DNA from: the human T2T-CHM13v2.0 reference genome, Homo sapiens
Reading direction: 5' to 3' (one strand)
NCBI RefSeq assembly: GCF_009914755.1
Contig: NC_060937.1
Length of the DNA: 64,000 nt
Shown here in pieces: positions 1-15,499 of the stretch. Every line of letters starts with the position of its first letter. The first letter of the stretch is position 1. A model generated the notes under the pieces. The model was given only the letters and a program-made list of their open reading frames with translations, was not told the DNA's origin and searched no databases. The translations under genes and the position numbers were made by a program.

Positions 1-72
1 GTGCCCCTGCACTCCAGCCTGGGTGACAGAGCGAGAGACCCTGTCTCAAAAATAAATAAATAAATAAATAAA
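1..72 (+). mobile_element. Alu 3' end with (TAAA)n tail
   Basis: CACTCCAGCCTGGGTGACAGAGCGAG...CTGTCTC followed by A/TAAA tail. Confidence 0.9.
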
Positions 73-183
73 GTCTATTATAGAAAAAAATCCATCTACA
101 CTAGACACCAGTAAAAATGTATATATATATAATATATATATGTATACTTATATATAAAGTATATGTATATTTTAAGGTGGTAG

Positions 184-491
<308 letters not shown>

Positions 492-730
492 TAAATTTTG
501 TTTTTTTGTATTTTTACAATGAAAAATATAGAATATACTTAACAATTTATGATATTTTGTTTGATTTAATTTATCTGGCTCTCACTCTGCATGTGTATTT
601 AAATATTGATTATACTGCATTGAGGAAAGAAAAGTAATAAACTCTTGGATTCAAATATATTCAGCAAATGAAATCCATTCCCTTCCTGTCTATATATTTA
701 TTTCTTGGGAGCACAGAGAGTACCATACAA

Positions 731-909
731 AGTGGTGATTCTCTTGCTTGCCTGAATACTGGGATCACCTGGAGAACTTTAGAAAAAGACTAATGTTTAA
801 GTCCCAAGAGCAGAGATTTTGATGTAGTTGCTCTGCAGTGTGGCCTGGTTTGGGACTTTTTAAAGCCTCCCAAGTAATTGTAATTTGCATTGAAGGTCGA
901 AAACCTCTG
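731..909. mobile_element. MER5-family hAT-Charlie DNA transposon
   Basis: Resembles MER5 consensus (ATCACCTGGAGAACTTTAGAAAA...CTCCCAAGTAATTGTAAT...GAAAACCTCTG). Confidence 0.6.
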
Positions 910-1159
910 ATTTAAAAAAGAAAACAGGAATGAACACCACTGAGAATTCATCAGAATAAAGCATCTAAGAGAGTAACTTTATAGATACAACCTACCTTGT
1001 TTTGCAGTTCAAGAACGAAAAATGCTCCAGAATTTAAATAACTTATTAAAAATAATAATGACTCCCGCTACTTCATACGTGCCTGGCAATTTTACATCTG
1101 TCATCTCTAATCATCATAAGGACACTGAAAGGTAAATAGCATGAGGCCCATCTTTTAAA

Positions 1160-2229
<1,070 letters not shown>

Positions 2230-2365
2230 GCATGAGACCCATTTTAAAGATGAGACTTAAAGAAGTTAAGTAATTAGCCCAAGGACACGCAGCTCTACTA
2301 GGAGGGGGCTGGAGACTTAAACACAGCTCAGACGCCAAAGCCTGTGCTTAGCCACTACCCTACAT
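2230..2365 (-). mobile_element. MIR (second half; first half ~1060-1159)
   Basis: CCCATTTTAAAGATGAG...GAAGTTAAGTAATTAGCCCAAGGACAC MIR core. Confidence 0.7.
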
Positions 2366-2639
2366 TGCTTTCATCTAAAAAAAAAGATGTAACTGTCATG
2401 CAGAACAATGCATAAGGTATGATTTAACTTTTGTGAAAACAAACAGCCTTCAGTGTACAGGCATCAAAAAAAAAATCTGAATGGATGTTTATCAAACAGC
2501 CGACACACCCTTCTCGGGGGACGGGCCTACCACTTTTAACTTTAAATACTTACAAAATTTCTGTTGTGTGAGTTTTTTTTTTACAATGAACATGAATTTT
2601 ATTCGCAATTTATCATTTATAAAAAGTATACATTGCACT

Positions 2640-2802
2640 AATCACCAATTATTACTAAATTGGAATATTGGTAAGAAGCCAATTATTGGTAATAATAATT
2701 GGTAATAATTACCAAGTATTACCAATTGGAGATAACCATCACTACTAGTTACCAATACTAGTTACCTCCATTACCAATATGGAGGTAACTATCAATACTA
2801 GT
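2640..2802. repeat. Palindromic low-complexity ACCAAT/ATTGGT array
   Basis: Nested inverted repeats, including a perfect 13-bp pair at 2759-2771 and 2779-2791. Confidence 0.75.
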
Positions 2803-2990
2803 GTGGTGGTTAAGGGCAAACATCTAGAGCCAGGCCAAGAGAGCAGCATTCCTATCTCCCTTTGCTGTCACTTCCCTAAACTTTGAGCCCTTTTCTGTCA
2901 GCCAGGGAGAATCATAGTACTCACCTCAGAAATTTTGTGAGGAATAGATACCCTCACAAAAGGGATATTACCTATATTATATTACTTACC
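2803..2990 (+). mobile_element. MIR, degenerate
   Basis: GTGGTGGTTAAG...ATAGTACTCACCTCAGAAATTTTGTGAGGA. Confidence 0.55.
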
Positions 2991-3152
2991 ATCACTGTAG
3001 TAATAATCAATGTATTTCTTTTCACTGAAATATCTTTAAATTTCTTATTTAAACATGGCAGCCATCCTGTGGTAACTCCCATTTTTGGGAAACCAAGATC
3101 TAAATCATCCAATACATGAATGGCTATTAAACACAGCTCAGAAGATTCTTAA

Positions 3153-3505
<353 letters not shown>

Positions 3506-4760
3506 TGATCAAACCTCATTTATAAAACCCTCCTCAGCCACCCACATCATTTCACCAGAAGTGACCGCAGGAGACCAACAACCCACCTTGTGATTTCTAA
3601 ACGTGAGGGCAGGCCTGGGTCAAAAGCAGGGACATGCTTTTGTTTTGAGCATGAGACAGAAAAAACAAGCTTTGCAGTCGGGTTGGCCCTGGACGGTAAG
3701 GATGGGGAAGCCACGGAGACACGTGTTAAGTCAGCAGGAGCTGATGTGAGCCAGATGTGATTGTATGGGCAAGACCCAGGGGAAAGTGCCTGGTTTTCGG
3801 CACTCCTTAAAACCCTGCAACTTCTCATGTAAAAGACCCGATATGTAACCGCTACTTTCTGACATGTCCTGAGGAACGCCCGCTTCCTGGAGGAAGTCGG
3901 TTGCAAATTAAAGGAGGAAGGAGAAATTGATCTTCCTCCGCAGGAAGCAATGAGATCCTCGATGTCTCCATGGCCGTTTCATTTGAACACGTAGCTGTGG
4001 AAACCGGGTTTTAGGTCGAGTTAATCAGGAGCATCTACGTAGGAGAAAGTTCCCAAGCAGGATGCCGAAGTGGAAGGCGCAGCTGGCCGAGCGCACGTAG
4101 GGGCTCAGCTGTCCTGCCGGGCCTCGAGGGCAAGTGGGATACAGGATCCAGATTACAACGTGGTGCCAGTATCCCAGACAGAAAAACAGACACGTTCGAG
4201 AAAACACGTGCCTTCTCTCTCACACACACAGAGGATGGGAACACGAACCACAAGACCCTGCCCTATAGACCAGATACCTTAATGATAAGAAAAAGATACA
4301 CGTCCTTGTAAGAGTGAGATCAGAGAACATTGAAAAGTTAGCAGCCCTCTTACATCCATTTAGGGCATTTGGGACAAGCATGAAATTGAAGGGCCAGTCC
4401 ATTTTTTATTTTAATAAAGGGAGAAACATAGTTAAGGGAGAGTGTGTGTAAAGGAAGATGAAATCTTTGTGAGCATGAAGGACGTTATCAGAGATTCTGT
4501 GAGCATAGGAGTGTCTGTGAATGAAAGAGCTCATCAAGGAAAGAGGTCAAGGCCTAGGAGCAGGTTCCTGGGATGAGAAAGAATGAAGCAAGAATCAGCA
4601 ACAGGGGCAATGAGAGAAAGGGTGACACAGGGAAGACGTGAGAGGCGGAAGTTGGCATTTAGAGTGGAGCTCATGTGGACCAGGTGATCTTCAGCTATGT
4701 CCTCTCTCTGCTCCCCCTGAACCTGGGGTAGCTTCTTAAATTCTCTCTAAGGATCCGGAA

Positions 4761-5137
4761 TTCTTTTTTTCTTTTCTTTTCTCTTTTAATTTCACTTTAG
4801 ATTCGGGGGTACATATGCAGATTTGTTACGTGAGTATATTGCATGACGCCGAGGTTTAGGCTTCTAATGATCTCATTACCCAAGTAATGAACATAGTACC
4901 CAATAGATCGTTTTTCAACCCTTAATCCCCTCTCTCCCTCCCTTGTTTTGGAATCCCCAGTGTCTCTTGATCTCATCTTTGTGTCTGTGTGTACCCAATG
5001 TTTACCTCCCACTTAGAAGTGAGAAGATGCGATTTTTGGTTTACTGTTTCTGCATTAGTTCACTTAGGATAATGGCCTCCAGCTCCATCCATGTTGCTGC
5101 AAAGGACGTGATCTTGTTCTTTTTTTTATGGCTGCAT
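4761..5137 (-). mobile_element. L1 3' end fragment (older primate L1)
   Basis: Antisense L1 3' UTR; TSD-like GGATCCGGAATTCT (4751) and GGATGCAGAATTCT (5138). Confidence 0.88.
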
Positions 5138-6261
5138 GGATGCAGAATTCTGAAGAACTCAGCAAGGTTGAGTAACATGAGTAGCTTGCACAGTCATTAG
5201 AGGGGATAGAGATGGAATTCCAACTCAGTTCTGCCTGATGCCAAAGCCCCGCCGCCATGTTGTTAACCAAGGCGGAGAGGAAGCCTGAGACAGCTTAAGT
5301 AAACAGCCTAAGAAAGTTGAGAGCAATGTGCAGGTATTAAGTCAGCCTGTGACTGACCCTGTCAATGACCCTGATATTTTAAGAGGGACTGGCTTGTGTT
5401 AGGCCATGCGTGTTCTACGTGACACAGTGGCTGGGTAGGATATTTTAATGTTTTGGCATATCGTCTTTCTGGGTGTGGTGCACTATTGTTACACATGCCG
5501 CACACCCAGACAACATTGTGTGAGAGTTGCTGCTTACCTGGAAACTCCGGGCACCAGGATTTGAACTGCAATCATGAAGGGGTCCACCCTGCACAGGTAT
5601 CTTGCTACAATAATAGCTGGAGGCTGTCCTTAACCCAGGACTTTATGAAGATAACAAAAGGAGGTATCGAGAGGGTTTGAACCCATGCTATAAAATAAGA
5701 CCAATCCAGTTCATTTCCTGTTAACTTCTAATTTTATGCAACAAACCACACATGGTATAGAAAGACATTTTGGCATAAACCACCAAATTCTTCTCACTAA
5801 AGAATGAGAAAAACTCAGCATGGAATGGCTAAGGAAATGTTCTCTGTTCCAGTCTTGGCTGAATTCTTCTTCATCTTGGATCTCCAAGTTCTAGTGATTC
5901 TCCTAAGCATATTCCACAATTATCTGGTTCTACCTCTCTAGTAAGGCCTCTGTCTCTACACTGGAACTTGTTCAAATTTCACTTTGAGCATCAAATATTT
6001 AGCAATCATATTCCTAAGGAGGTTTGTTTCTCCTTCCCTTGGGGTTAACCAAAATGCTTGTTGTTTGTGACGTCTACTTTTTGCAAAAAGCTTCTCCATA
6101 TTTTTGAGGCCTGTCATATCTGAGAACCCAAAGTTCTGGCTAGTTGTATTTGATTTCTTCCTAATTTGTGTGGTCAGGAGGGAATATTTTCAGCTTCTTT
6201 TGACAAGAAGAGTGACCTTTTTAAATGGGACCCCTCTCCCATCAAAAACAAGAATGCAGAA

Positions 6262-6387
6262 CCAGGCGTGGTGGCATGTACCTGTAGTCCCTGACTCCTG
6301 GGAGCCTGGGGCTTGAGCCAAGGAGTTTGAGGCCAGCTGCAACATGGTGAGACCCTGTCTTGGAAACAACCACAACAACAAAAGAAA
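6262..6387 (+). mobile_element. Alu monomer (FLAM-like)
   Basis: Single-arm Alu sequence with A-rich tail. Confidence 0.75.
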
Positions 6388-6801
6388 TGCTGGTTCACTT
6401 CTCGTGCAGCCCTATTACAAATCCTTTGGGTGTAGCAGCTCAGGGTATTACTGTTAACCATTTTATCCTCAGTATTGTGTGGGCTGCACTGAGACACACT
6501 GCTATTTCTTAAAAGGGTCTGGGTTCTTAAAAGGGAACCATTTAGGTTTTGATGATAGTGGAATTAAATGTAGCACATTTAATTGAACTAACATGCAAAC
6601 ATCTTTTATGCGCTGATGGTACGTTGGAGGCTTCACATACATGCTTTCATTCCATCCTCAGAATATCTTTATGAGTGGGTATTCTACGCCCATCTTACAG
6701 ATGAAGAAACTGAGACTACAAGAAATTAGGTAAAACAAAAAAAATTAGGTGACTTGTGCAAAGTCAAGACCACACAGTCACTAGGACTGGATCTTGGATT
6801 T

Positions 6802-7200
6802 TTTTTTTTAATTGAGGTAGAATCGTCTAACATAAAATGTACCATCTTAACTGTTTTCAAGGGTACAATACAACAGTGTTAACTACGTGCATATTGTGCA
6901 ACAATTGCCAGAACTTTTTCATCTTGCAAAACTGAAACTGACCCATTAAGCCACAACTCCTCCTTCCCTTTTTTCCCAGTTCCTGGCAATCACCATTCTA
7001 CTTTATGTTTCTACGAATCGGATCGCCCTAGGTACCTCATCTAAGTGGAATAATGTAGCATGTGTCTTTCTGTGACTGGCTTATTTCACTTAGCATAACA
7101 TCCACAAGATCCAACCATGTTATAGCACATGTCAGAATTTCCTGGTTTTTTTAAGGCTGAATTACACTCCATTGTATGGATAGACCACATTTTCTTTCCA
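6802..7200 (-). mobile_element. L1MA/MB-type 3' end inserted in a MIR
   Basis: CCTGGCAATCACCATTCTACTTT...CTGTGACTGGCTTATTTCACTTAGCATAA; TSD GATCT(T/A)GGATTT at 6790 and 7201; MIR core on both sides. Confidence 0.85.
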
Positions 7201-8168
7201 GATCTAGGATTTTAATCCAAGTTTGTGAGTCTCCAAAACCCAAACTCTTTTCAGGTGAGTACACTATGCTACTTTGTCAATGCTTTAAAGATAATTTAAA
7301 TATAATTTAAGGATATACATAAAGATAATTTAAAGATAAAGATAATTTAAAGGCAAATGTCACATTATACATAAAACAAATGTGAGCTGAGACAGTGGTG
7401 TCCCAGCTCTGTGTTCTTAACTTTCCAAGCTCAGAGACGGAGGGACAGGGGACTGACAAGGTCCTTCACTGACTTACACATTGCTAAGGGGAGCACTTGT
7501 CTTTCTTGTTGGATAGAGAACAGCTCGGGGCTCCTCCATGCACCTTGCATGGCCTAGAACTGCCTCCCACCACCCTCCTAGCCCAAGACACATTCCGGCC
7601 TTCCTTCTTCTATAAGTCACGTACCAAGGGCTCCAGGACATTGCCAACCAAATACAAATAGGCCTGAGACCTCAAACTCCCCACCCTTCCCTCACCCAGC
7701 CTTGCCTGTTGCCCAACTTCTCTGTCCTGGTGAGCTTTGCCAGTCCCCATCGCTTCCGCAAGCCTGCAGCCTCGGTAATCCATGCCGCCTCTCTAGTTTT
7801 CATCATACCCCGTCAGCTGCCAAGGACAGCAGCTTCCTTCTCTGCAGCCTGCCTGACAGCTGAGCGTATCCTTCCCTTCCCCAGAATCCCATCCACATCT
7901 CATGACCAGGCCTCTATGGCTTTGCAGTTTGCAACATTGTTCTTTATATCCACCCCCAATCTCCACTACAGGCTGGTATTGAATGAGCTGCAGCCATTTC
8001 TCCTGCTTGACCATGTTACTCCACTCTGCTGGGAACCTTTGGAATCATCTTATCAAATCAAAGTCAGTGCTGTCCTGCTTGGATGTTTCTTCTGGCTGCT
8101 AACCCACTGCCTCCCTCTTCACCTACACCCTCCTTGGGCAGCTTGGTTCTGATCAAGAGTGCTCACTA

Positions 8169-8479
8169 GGCCTGGTGCAGTGGCTCACACCCATAATCCT
8201 AACACTTTGGGAGACGGAGGTGGGAGCATCACTTGAGCTGAGGAGTTCAAGACCAGCCTGGGCAACATACACAGACCACCTCCCTACTGCAAACTCTACA
8301 AAAGAAAGAAAGAAATTAGCCAAGCATGCTGGCATGTACCTGTGGTCCAAGCTACTTAGGAGGCTGAGGTGGAAGGATCGCTTAAATCTGGGAGGTCAAA
8401 GCAGCAGGGAGCCATGACAGTGTCACTGCACTCCAGCCTGGCTGACAGAGTGTGACTGTCTCAAAAAAAAAAAAAAAAA
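8169..8479 (+). mobile_element. AluJ-like
   Basis: Diverged Alu dimer with poly-A tail. Confidence 0.9.
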
Positions 8480-8904
8480 GATTGTTCAGTGCCTCCCACC
8501 CAGTTCTACAGCCTCAAATCCACATGCTTTGCTTTGAACTTCCAGCAACCCCTGGACATTCACCAAAACCCACTTCTAGACCTGGGACTCCTTTCTCTTC
8601 CACTGCTGGTGTGAATCTCTCCTTTCCTCTCCTCCCTCCCTCTGGATTGCAGTTTGCAATCCAGATTAATTCTGCCCATTGTCTCATTTGTATCTCTGAG
8701 CACTTGGATTTCAATGTAACTAATGTTTCTTTGCAAATATCTCCATAAACTGTATATATATTCATCTTTCTTTTTATGTAAATTCTTTGGAGAATGAACT
8801 AGGCCTACCTATTCCCAAATGGGCCCCTCACCCTCATTGCTTATATTATTCCATAAATAAATTATTTTGTAAGCGAATCAGGAGGGAGAGGATTATTTTT
8901 TCTT

Positions 8905-9042
8905 TTTCATAATTTTTTTAAAAATAGAGAGAAGGTCTCACTATGTTGCCCAGGCTGGTCTTGAACTCCTGGCCTCAAGCATTCCTTCAGCCTCAGCCTC
9001 CCAAAATGCTGGGATTACAAGTGTGAGCCACCTCACCTGGCC
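8905..9042 (-). mobile_element. Alu left monomer (FLAM_C-like)
   Basis: Antisense single arm. Confidence 0.8.
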
Positions 9043-9232
9043 AGGGGGGATTCAGGATAACATAACAGCTGCTTTCTAGCCAAGCTGAGTTGAATGGGGC
9101 CAGTAATGGGGAAGAGGAGAATTGAAGGATATGGGGATAATGTCCAGATGCCGTGAGCCCCTGAGAAAGATGCAGTGTCTTTGAAGAAAAGGCCTTAATA
9201 CAGAACCTAGATGAGTCTGGAGGACGTCACGT

Positions 9233-10016
9233 TGATACCGAAGGGAAGTGCTGGGAAGGGAAGAGCGTGGTCCCTTTAAATGATACTGAAGAGGGAAAGG
9301 GAAGTGCTGGGTAAAGGAGGGCATGGTCCCTGGCTAGGGCTCCACCCCCACAGACCTAGGTGAGGACAGGCATTTCCTGCCCAAGTGTTGCATTTCCCAA
9401 GAACACCCTGGCCTGCCACACCCCCATCCTGTGCCTATGAAAACCCCCTGGAGACCCTAGCAGGCAGACACAGACACCTCCTGACATGGAGAGAAGCACC
9501 TCAGTGGAGGAACACACAGGTGGCTGGACATGGAGAGGAACGCATGGACAGGCACCAGCAGGCCACCAACCGGCAGAACGATGGGGAGTTTGGCTGGGGC
9601 AGTTGGAGGAGAGCCCAGGCTGCTGAGTGGCCCCACTCCAGGGGAAAACCATCTCCCTTCTGGCTCCCCCATCTGTTGAGAGCTACTTCCACTCAATAAA
9701 ACCTTGCACGCATTCTCAAACACCAAGGCAGGAACACTGGGATACAGAAAGCCCTCTGTCGTTGTGGTAAGGCAGGGGTCTAATTGAGCTGACTAACACA
9801 AGCCGCCTACGGACAGCCAAACTAAAAGAGCACCCTGTAACACACGCCCACTGGGTCTGTAAACATTCATCCCTAGACACTGCTATGGGGTTGGAGCCTC
9901 CACAGCCTGCCCGTCTGTATGCTCACCTAGAGGTTTGAGCAACAGGGCACTGAAGAAGCAGGCCACTCCCCCGCTGCACACCTTGTGAGGGGGACAAGGG
10001 AACTTCGCTCGTTTCA
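9233..10016 (+). mobile_element. Solo ERV1 LTR (LTR1/LTR27/LTR28/MER52 group)
   Basis: TG...CA termini, perfect 4-bp TSD ACGT (9229-9232 and 10017-10020), AATAAA at 9695-9700; family assigned from recalled consensus. Confidence 0.85.
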
Positions 10017-10926
10017 ACGTCTGACATCTACCTTCAGGTTCGGCACCTGAATAGGAGGGAGGACTCACAGCAGAAGGCCTCAGGGCACCGTAATTGGGCC
10101 TGCATGTCAGCGTGATTCCAAGGGAGGCTTCTGCAGTGTCCTGGCACCACCTGCCTCTGCCTAGGATGCATATAAGTGGCTGAGAGGCCAGCCACGGGGA
10201 TGCCACTTGCAGGACACTACAACCAGGGGGAAGCCTGGCCATCAGCAGGGATTGAGGGCAGCACACTGGGCCTGGGAGGTGAGGTCCAGCTCTTTGAAGA
10301 CAACAGCAACCACAGAACAGAAACAGCCTTGCCCCCACATTGTCAGCCCTGACCCCACCTGGAAGAAGGAGAAAGGGAGGGGCCTGAATTGACCGGGGGC
10401 TGCTCCAAAACAGCAGAATTCAAACTGAAAGGGACTAAGTTGCTTGTATTGGCAGGTTTCTACCTTGGAGAGGCAATGGAGCCTGGGAGCTGGGCTGACT
10501 TAGATACCAAGTCTGTGGAATTCCTCCCCTCCTACAAACTATGCACCAGCAAACAGCCCCAGGCCTGGATGACTTGTGAATCTGGCCCTTTGGCAGGGGC
10601 TTTAGAGGTGACCTAGGTGGAGCCCATCACCTTTAGTGGCAAGGACCTAAGCCCCAAGGAGGAGCGGGGAAACGGCCACAGAGCCCACTCCGCTGCCCTG
10701 CAGCCAGTGCCTCCCATCACCTTCACAGCTGTGAGGCTCTGTTCTCTTCTGAGGCCACTGGAAGGAGAAAGGGGGAAGATTAACCTGATCTAATATGACA
10801 GCATACGTTTCAATGAAGGGACTCAGTAATTCCAAATATTATAGTCTCTGTGTATGTTAAGAGGGCTAAGGTGATATGAGATGAGAGAAGGAAGATAATC
10901 CATTGTTTATTTTTACGTCAAAATCA

Positions 10927-11418
<492 letters not shown>

Positions 11419-12960
11419 TTACTCTAAAAACATTTGCTTTGCCTTTTGTACAAAGGGTGCTTGCAAAAAGTTGACACCCATTTGCACCCTTATCTAACAC
11501 CTTCTCACAGTAACAGAGAAGAAGCAATCCCAACTTGTTCTTAACTTGTCTGAGAGTACAGCCCTAGCCAAACTCCTTCGCAGCTCCTGAGCCAAGAATA
11601 AAATATTTTCATGTTGAATTTAGGAGTCACGGATCATCATTCTGCAGTGGTTAAGAATTCACCTTCCATATGTTAATGCTTCATTTCCCCCATAGAATCA
11701 ACTATGTTTGGCGCAGAAGCAGAGAAATGCATTTAAATGCTTATGGTGAATAATCTCTTAAGCTTATTATGAGTATGTTTGTGCCAAGTGATAAGTGAAA
11801 GCCAATACCTCTTTATACAGTGTCTGCATAGGTCCCCATGATGTTTAAGGAGCACTTACTGAATAAAAAAGCGTCTCAGCGATTATAGCCAAATGTCTCT
11901 GTCAATTCCATTGCGTATAATAATTTGGGGACCATTATGCTAATCACATCTGCCATAATACTTGGAGTATTGCTGCTCTTAACGTTACGAGATGACACTT
12001 TTCCAGTTTGTGCATGCGCCCAGTCAAACTATTCCTTGATGGCCTTTTAAGGGTGGGATTGTCGGTGGGAGAGAAGGGAGGGTTGTGGAGACCTGGGGCC
12101 TCTGGCTGTGGGGTGATCATGTTCTTGTGCTTTTGTCCATCCTAAACAGTCAAAAATGTGTCCTGCCACAGGTGAGGCCTGGAGCTAGGAAGGGGTATGT
12201 GCTCAATGGTTTTATGTGTGCACGGGGCTGGGGATGAGGCAGTGAAGGTGAAGGCTCATAGCTTTCTGCTCACAATCCTCCAGGCCATGTGACATCCACG
12301 CAGATGAGGGCATTCAGCACCATTTCCTTGCATTGAATATTAAAGAATAGCTAATCATTCCCTAAGATCGTTTTGAAGGTAACAGCAATAATAATGTCCT
12401 TGTGAATGTCATGTTATGCCCTGCACTTCACACACACTTTCTCATTCAGTGCTTCTCCACACCGTAGGAGGAGGTATGAAAAGCCCCCTTTTACAGATTA
12501 GGAGTGTCTGTGGGCAGTGTATAAAAATGTAAGTGGAGACTTACCCCTTACGTATATGCATGTTTGCTCTCTTTATAACATGAACATCATGCCTGTTATA
12601 TGCCAGGAACTCTTCAATGCTTGATGCATGCTAATTTGTTTACTCTTCATCATGGCCCTGAGACTGGTTACTTGCCCAGGACTGTGGCCCTTTAGTGACT
12701 GGTGCCTGTCTGTGCCAAACCCTCATTCTACCCCCACCATGCTATGCTGCATCTCTGCAGGTTAGCCATGCCAGGTCACATTCAGCAGCATGTCCCTCTC
12801 CTTCATAGCCATAACCACCTGAAAAGTAGGTAATTACTGGTCCACTCCTTCTCCAGCCATGTACTCCACAACAGCAAAGACCAGACGTGCTACTTACTAC
12901 AGTCTCCAGGACTCAACACAAAACCTGACAGATGGCAGGCCCTCAAAAATGAAAGACTGC

Positions 12961-13228
12961 ATTTTGGGAGGCCGAGGCAGGAGGATCGCTTGAAGCCAGG
13001 AGTTCGAAACCAACCTGAGCAACAAAATGAGATCCTGTCTCTACAAAAAAATAGAAATATTAGCCTGGTGTGGTAGCATGAACCTGTAGTCCCAGCTACT
13101 CAGGAGGCTGAGGTGGGAGGATAGTGTGAGCCCAGGAGTTCAAGGCTGCAGTGAGCCATGCTGGTGCCACTGCACTCCAGTCTGGGCTACAGAATGAGAC
13201 CCTATCTCTATTAAAAAACAAACAAACT
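12961..13228 (+). mobile_element. AluJ-like, 5'-truncated
   Basis: Alu dimer lacking roughly the first 35 nt. Confidence 0.88.
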
Positions 13229-13994
13229 AAATGGTTGAATTCAACGATCTGCTTTAGTCATCTGTAATATGTGTAGAATTGAGCTGACTAAATGGACAGT
13301 TTTATAACTAATCTTAGTTGTTTTAAATTAATACACGCTAAGTATGAGACATTGCAAAGATCTGAAATAATCTAAAACTATAATTTTGTGAAATAGCAAT
13401 TGAGATGACATCTAGTCAACTGAGAGCAATTGAGATAACATCTATATTCAATTCCCTGTGTTTTTCTCATTTAATTCTTGGAACAGCTCTATGAAGTAGG
13501 TATAATCTTGCCAATTTCACCTTTTTCCCTCAACTTCAGATGCAACAGCTTTGGGTGCATCATAATCCTGGGTTCAGGCCACACTATCATTGTTCCAAGC
13601 ATGGTCCTCTCTCATTCATCTTTTATTCATTTATTCATATTTTAAATAATAAAATGAACCGACTGCCCAACCCAAAAACTAGAACATGAACCATAACCTG
13701 CATCCGCACACGGGCTCCTCCCACTCCACTCCCTTCCTCTTCCCAAGTGCAACCACTATACAGAATTGTGTATTTCCTCATTTTTTTCTACTGTATGCCT
13801 AAATGCTTTATTGTTTTAGTTATTTTGGACTTACTTATTTGTCTGTTGACTCGGCATTGTATTCCTTACACCCATCTATTTGTCACATGTAGCTGAAGTT
13901 CATTGATTTCCTCTGCTGTGAAATCTTTCCATACCGTCTGTTGATGGGTGTTTTAGTTGCTTTGCATCCTTTGATATTGTGAAAAACTGTTCAT

Positions 13995-14130
13995 CTATTT
14001 TACAGAGGAAGAAACAGAGGCACAGAGAAGTTAAGCAAGTCACGTAAGATCTCACAGCCCATGAGTGGCTGAACCAGGGTTTCAGCCTTGATTTCTCTAG
14101 CTCTAAAAACATGACTCTTTCACTACCATA
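13995..14130 (-). mobile_element. MIR
   Basis: ATTTTACAGAGGAAGAAACAGAGGCACAGAGAAGTTAAG core. Confidence 0.75.
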
Positions 14131-15172
14131 CAACCCATATCAGTCCTGCTGTGATGAAAAGATCATAGAAAGTAAAGAGCACATTTTCCTTCTTCATTTT
14201 ACTGGAAAGTTACTTCACTCACTCTTTGTCTACTAGAGAAGAAAAACTTGTAAGTTGAGTTAATTAGCCTTTCAAAGAAAACTAGTTATCCTCTTGGATG
14301 CATTTACTCTCCACTCCTCCCCATTTTAAAAAGTAGCATTGCTGAGTACAATACTTTATCTCCAAAACCATATGTCTAGTTTGGCTTTACACCTAGATTA
14401 TGTTTAGGTTTTGGTTTTGTGCTTAAATTCTCTTTGCAATAGAACTAGCTGTGTGTGCATGTATTTCCTTTTTAGTCAAAAGTCCTAAAGAGGAAAATGA
14501 TGGAACAATAAAGTGATATGTTAGCTTCTACAGCCTGTTATAATGTTCCAAGAGGCAGGAGAACTAAACTCTCCTCTTCAGATTATAAATAGGCTTTATG
14601 TGGAAAATAGATCAGTAAAATAAAAGAAGCTCTGATCATATAAAACTGTAGATCATAATTTTACAACAGAAATGATTTCACTTATGTGCAAAGGAATTTT
14701 CCAGAGGAAATGCTTAGGTATTTGGAGTTTAGGAAAAAATTGGAAGAAATGCATCATATCTTTGCATTTATACAGTTTGTGCTGAAAAAAAATAGGTATT
14801 TCTGTACTTCAGGGCGCTAAACAATGTAAACTTTGGATTTATGTGGATTTTAGATGTAGACCAGATTGAGGTCTGGTTTCTACAAGGTTATGTCCCCTAC
14901 TCCTGCCTGGCTCCAGAAACTTCCCTGTCCCTCTTCTTCCCCCCGCCCCGTCGCTTCCTTATAACAGACCATTCTGGGATAGCTCATTTCTTCCACAGCT
15001 ATTTCTCATTTCTCTTTCCAGCCTCCTGTGCATGTGGATTTGGAATGTAGATGCTTTTATTGTTTTCTTAAAAATATCAATCAGGCTGGTCCAAGTGCAG
15101 TGGTGTTTATCAGTTCAGATTTCTATGTTCCTTTTCCACTCCCACTGCTTCACCTTCACCTGACTAGCCTAA

Positions 15173-15499
<327 letters not shown>

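Noticed and set aside
7709-10338. Longest intergenic ORFs (147 aa at 7709 and 151 aa at 9883)
   Set aside because: No recognisable homology, non-ATG starts, and the second partly overlaps the LTR
13395-13444. 30-bp-period duplication AGCAATTGAGAT(G/A)ACATCTA; similar two-copy repeats at 18742-18791, 22354-22401 and 24063-24089
   Set aside because: Only two copies each with no spacer array; ordinary local slippage, not CRISPR-like
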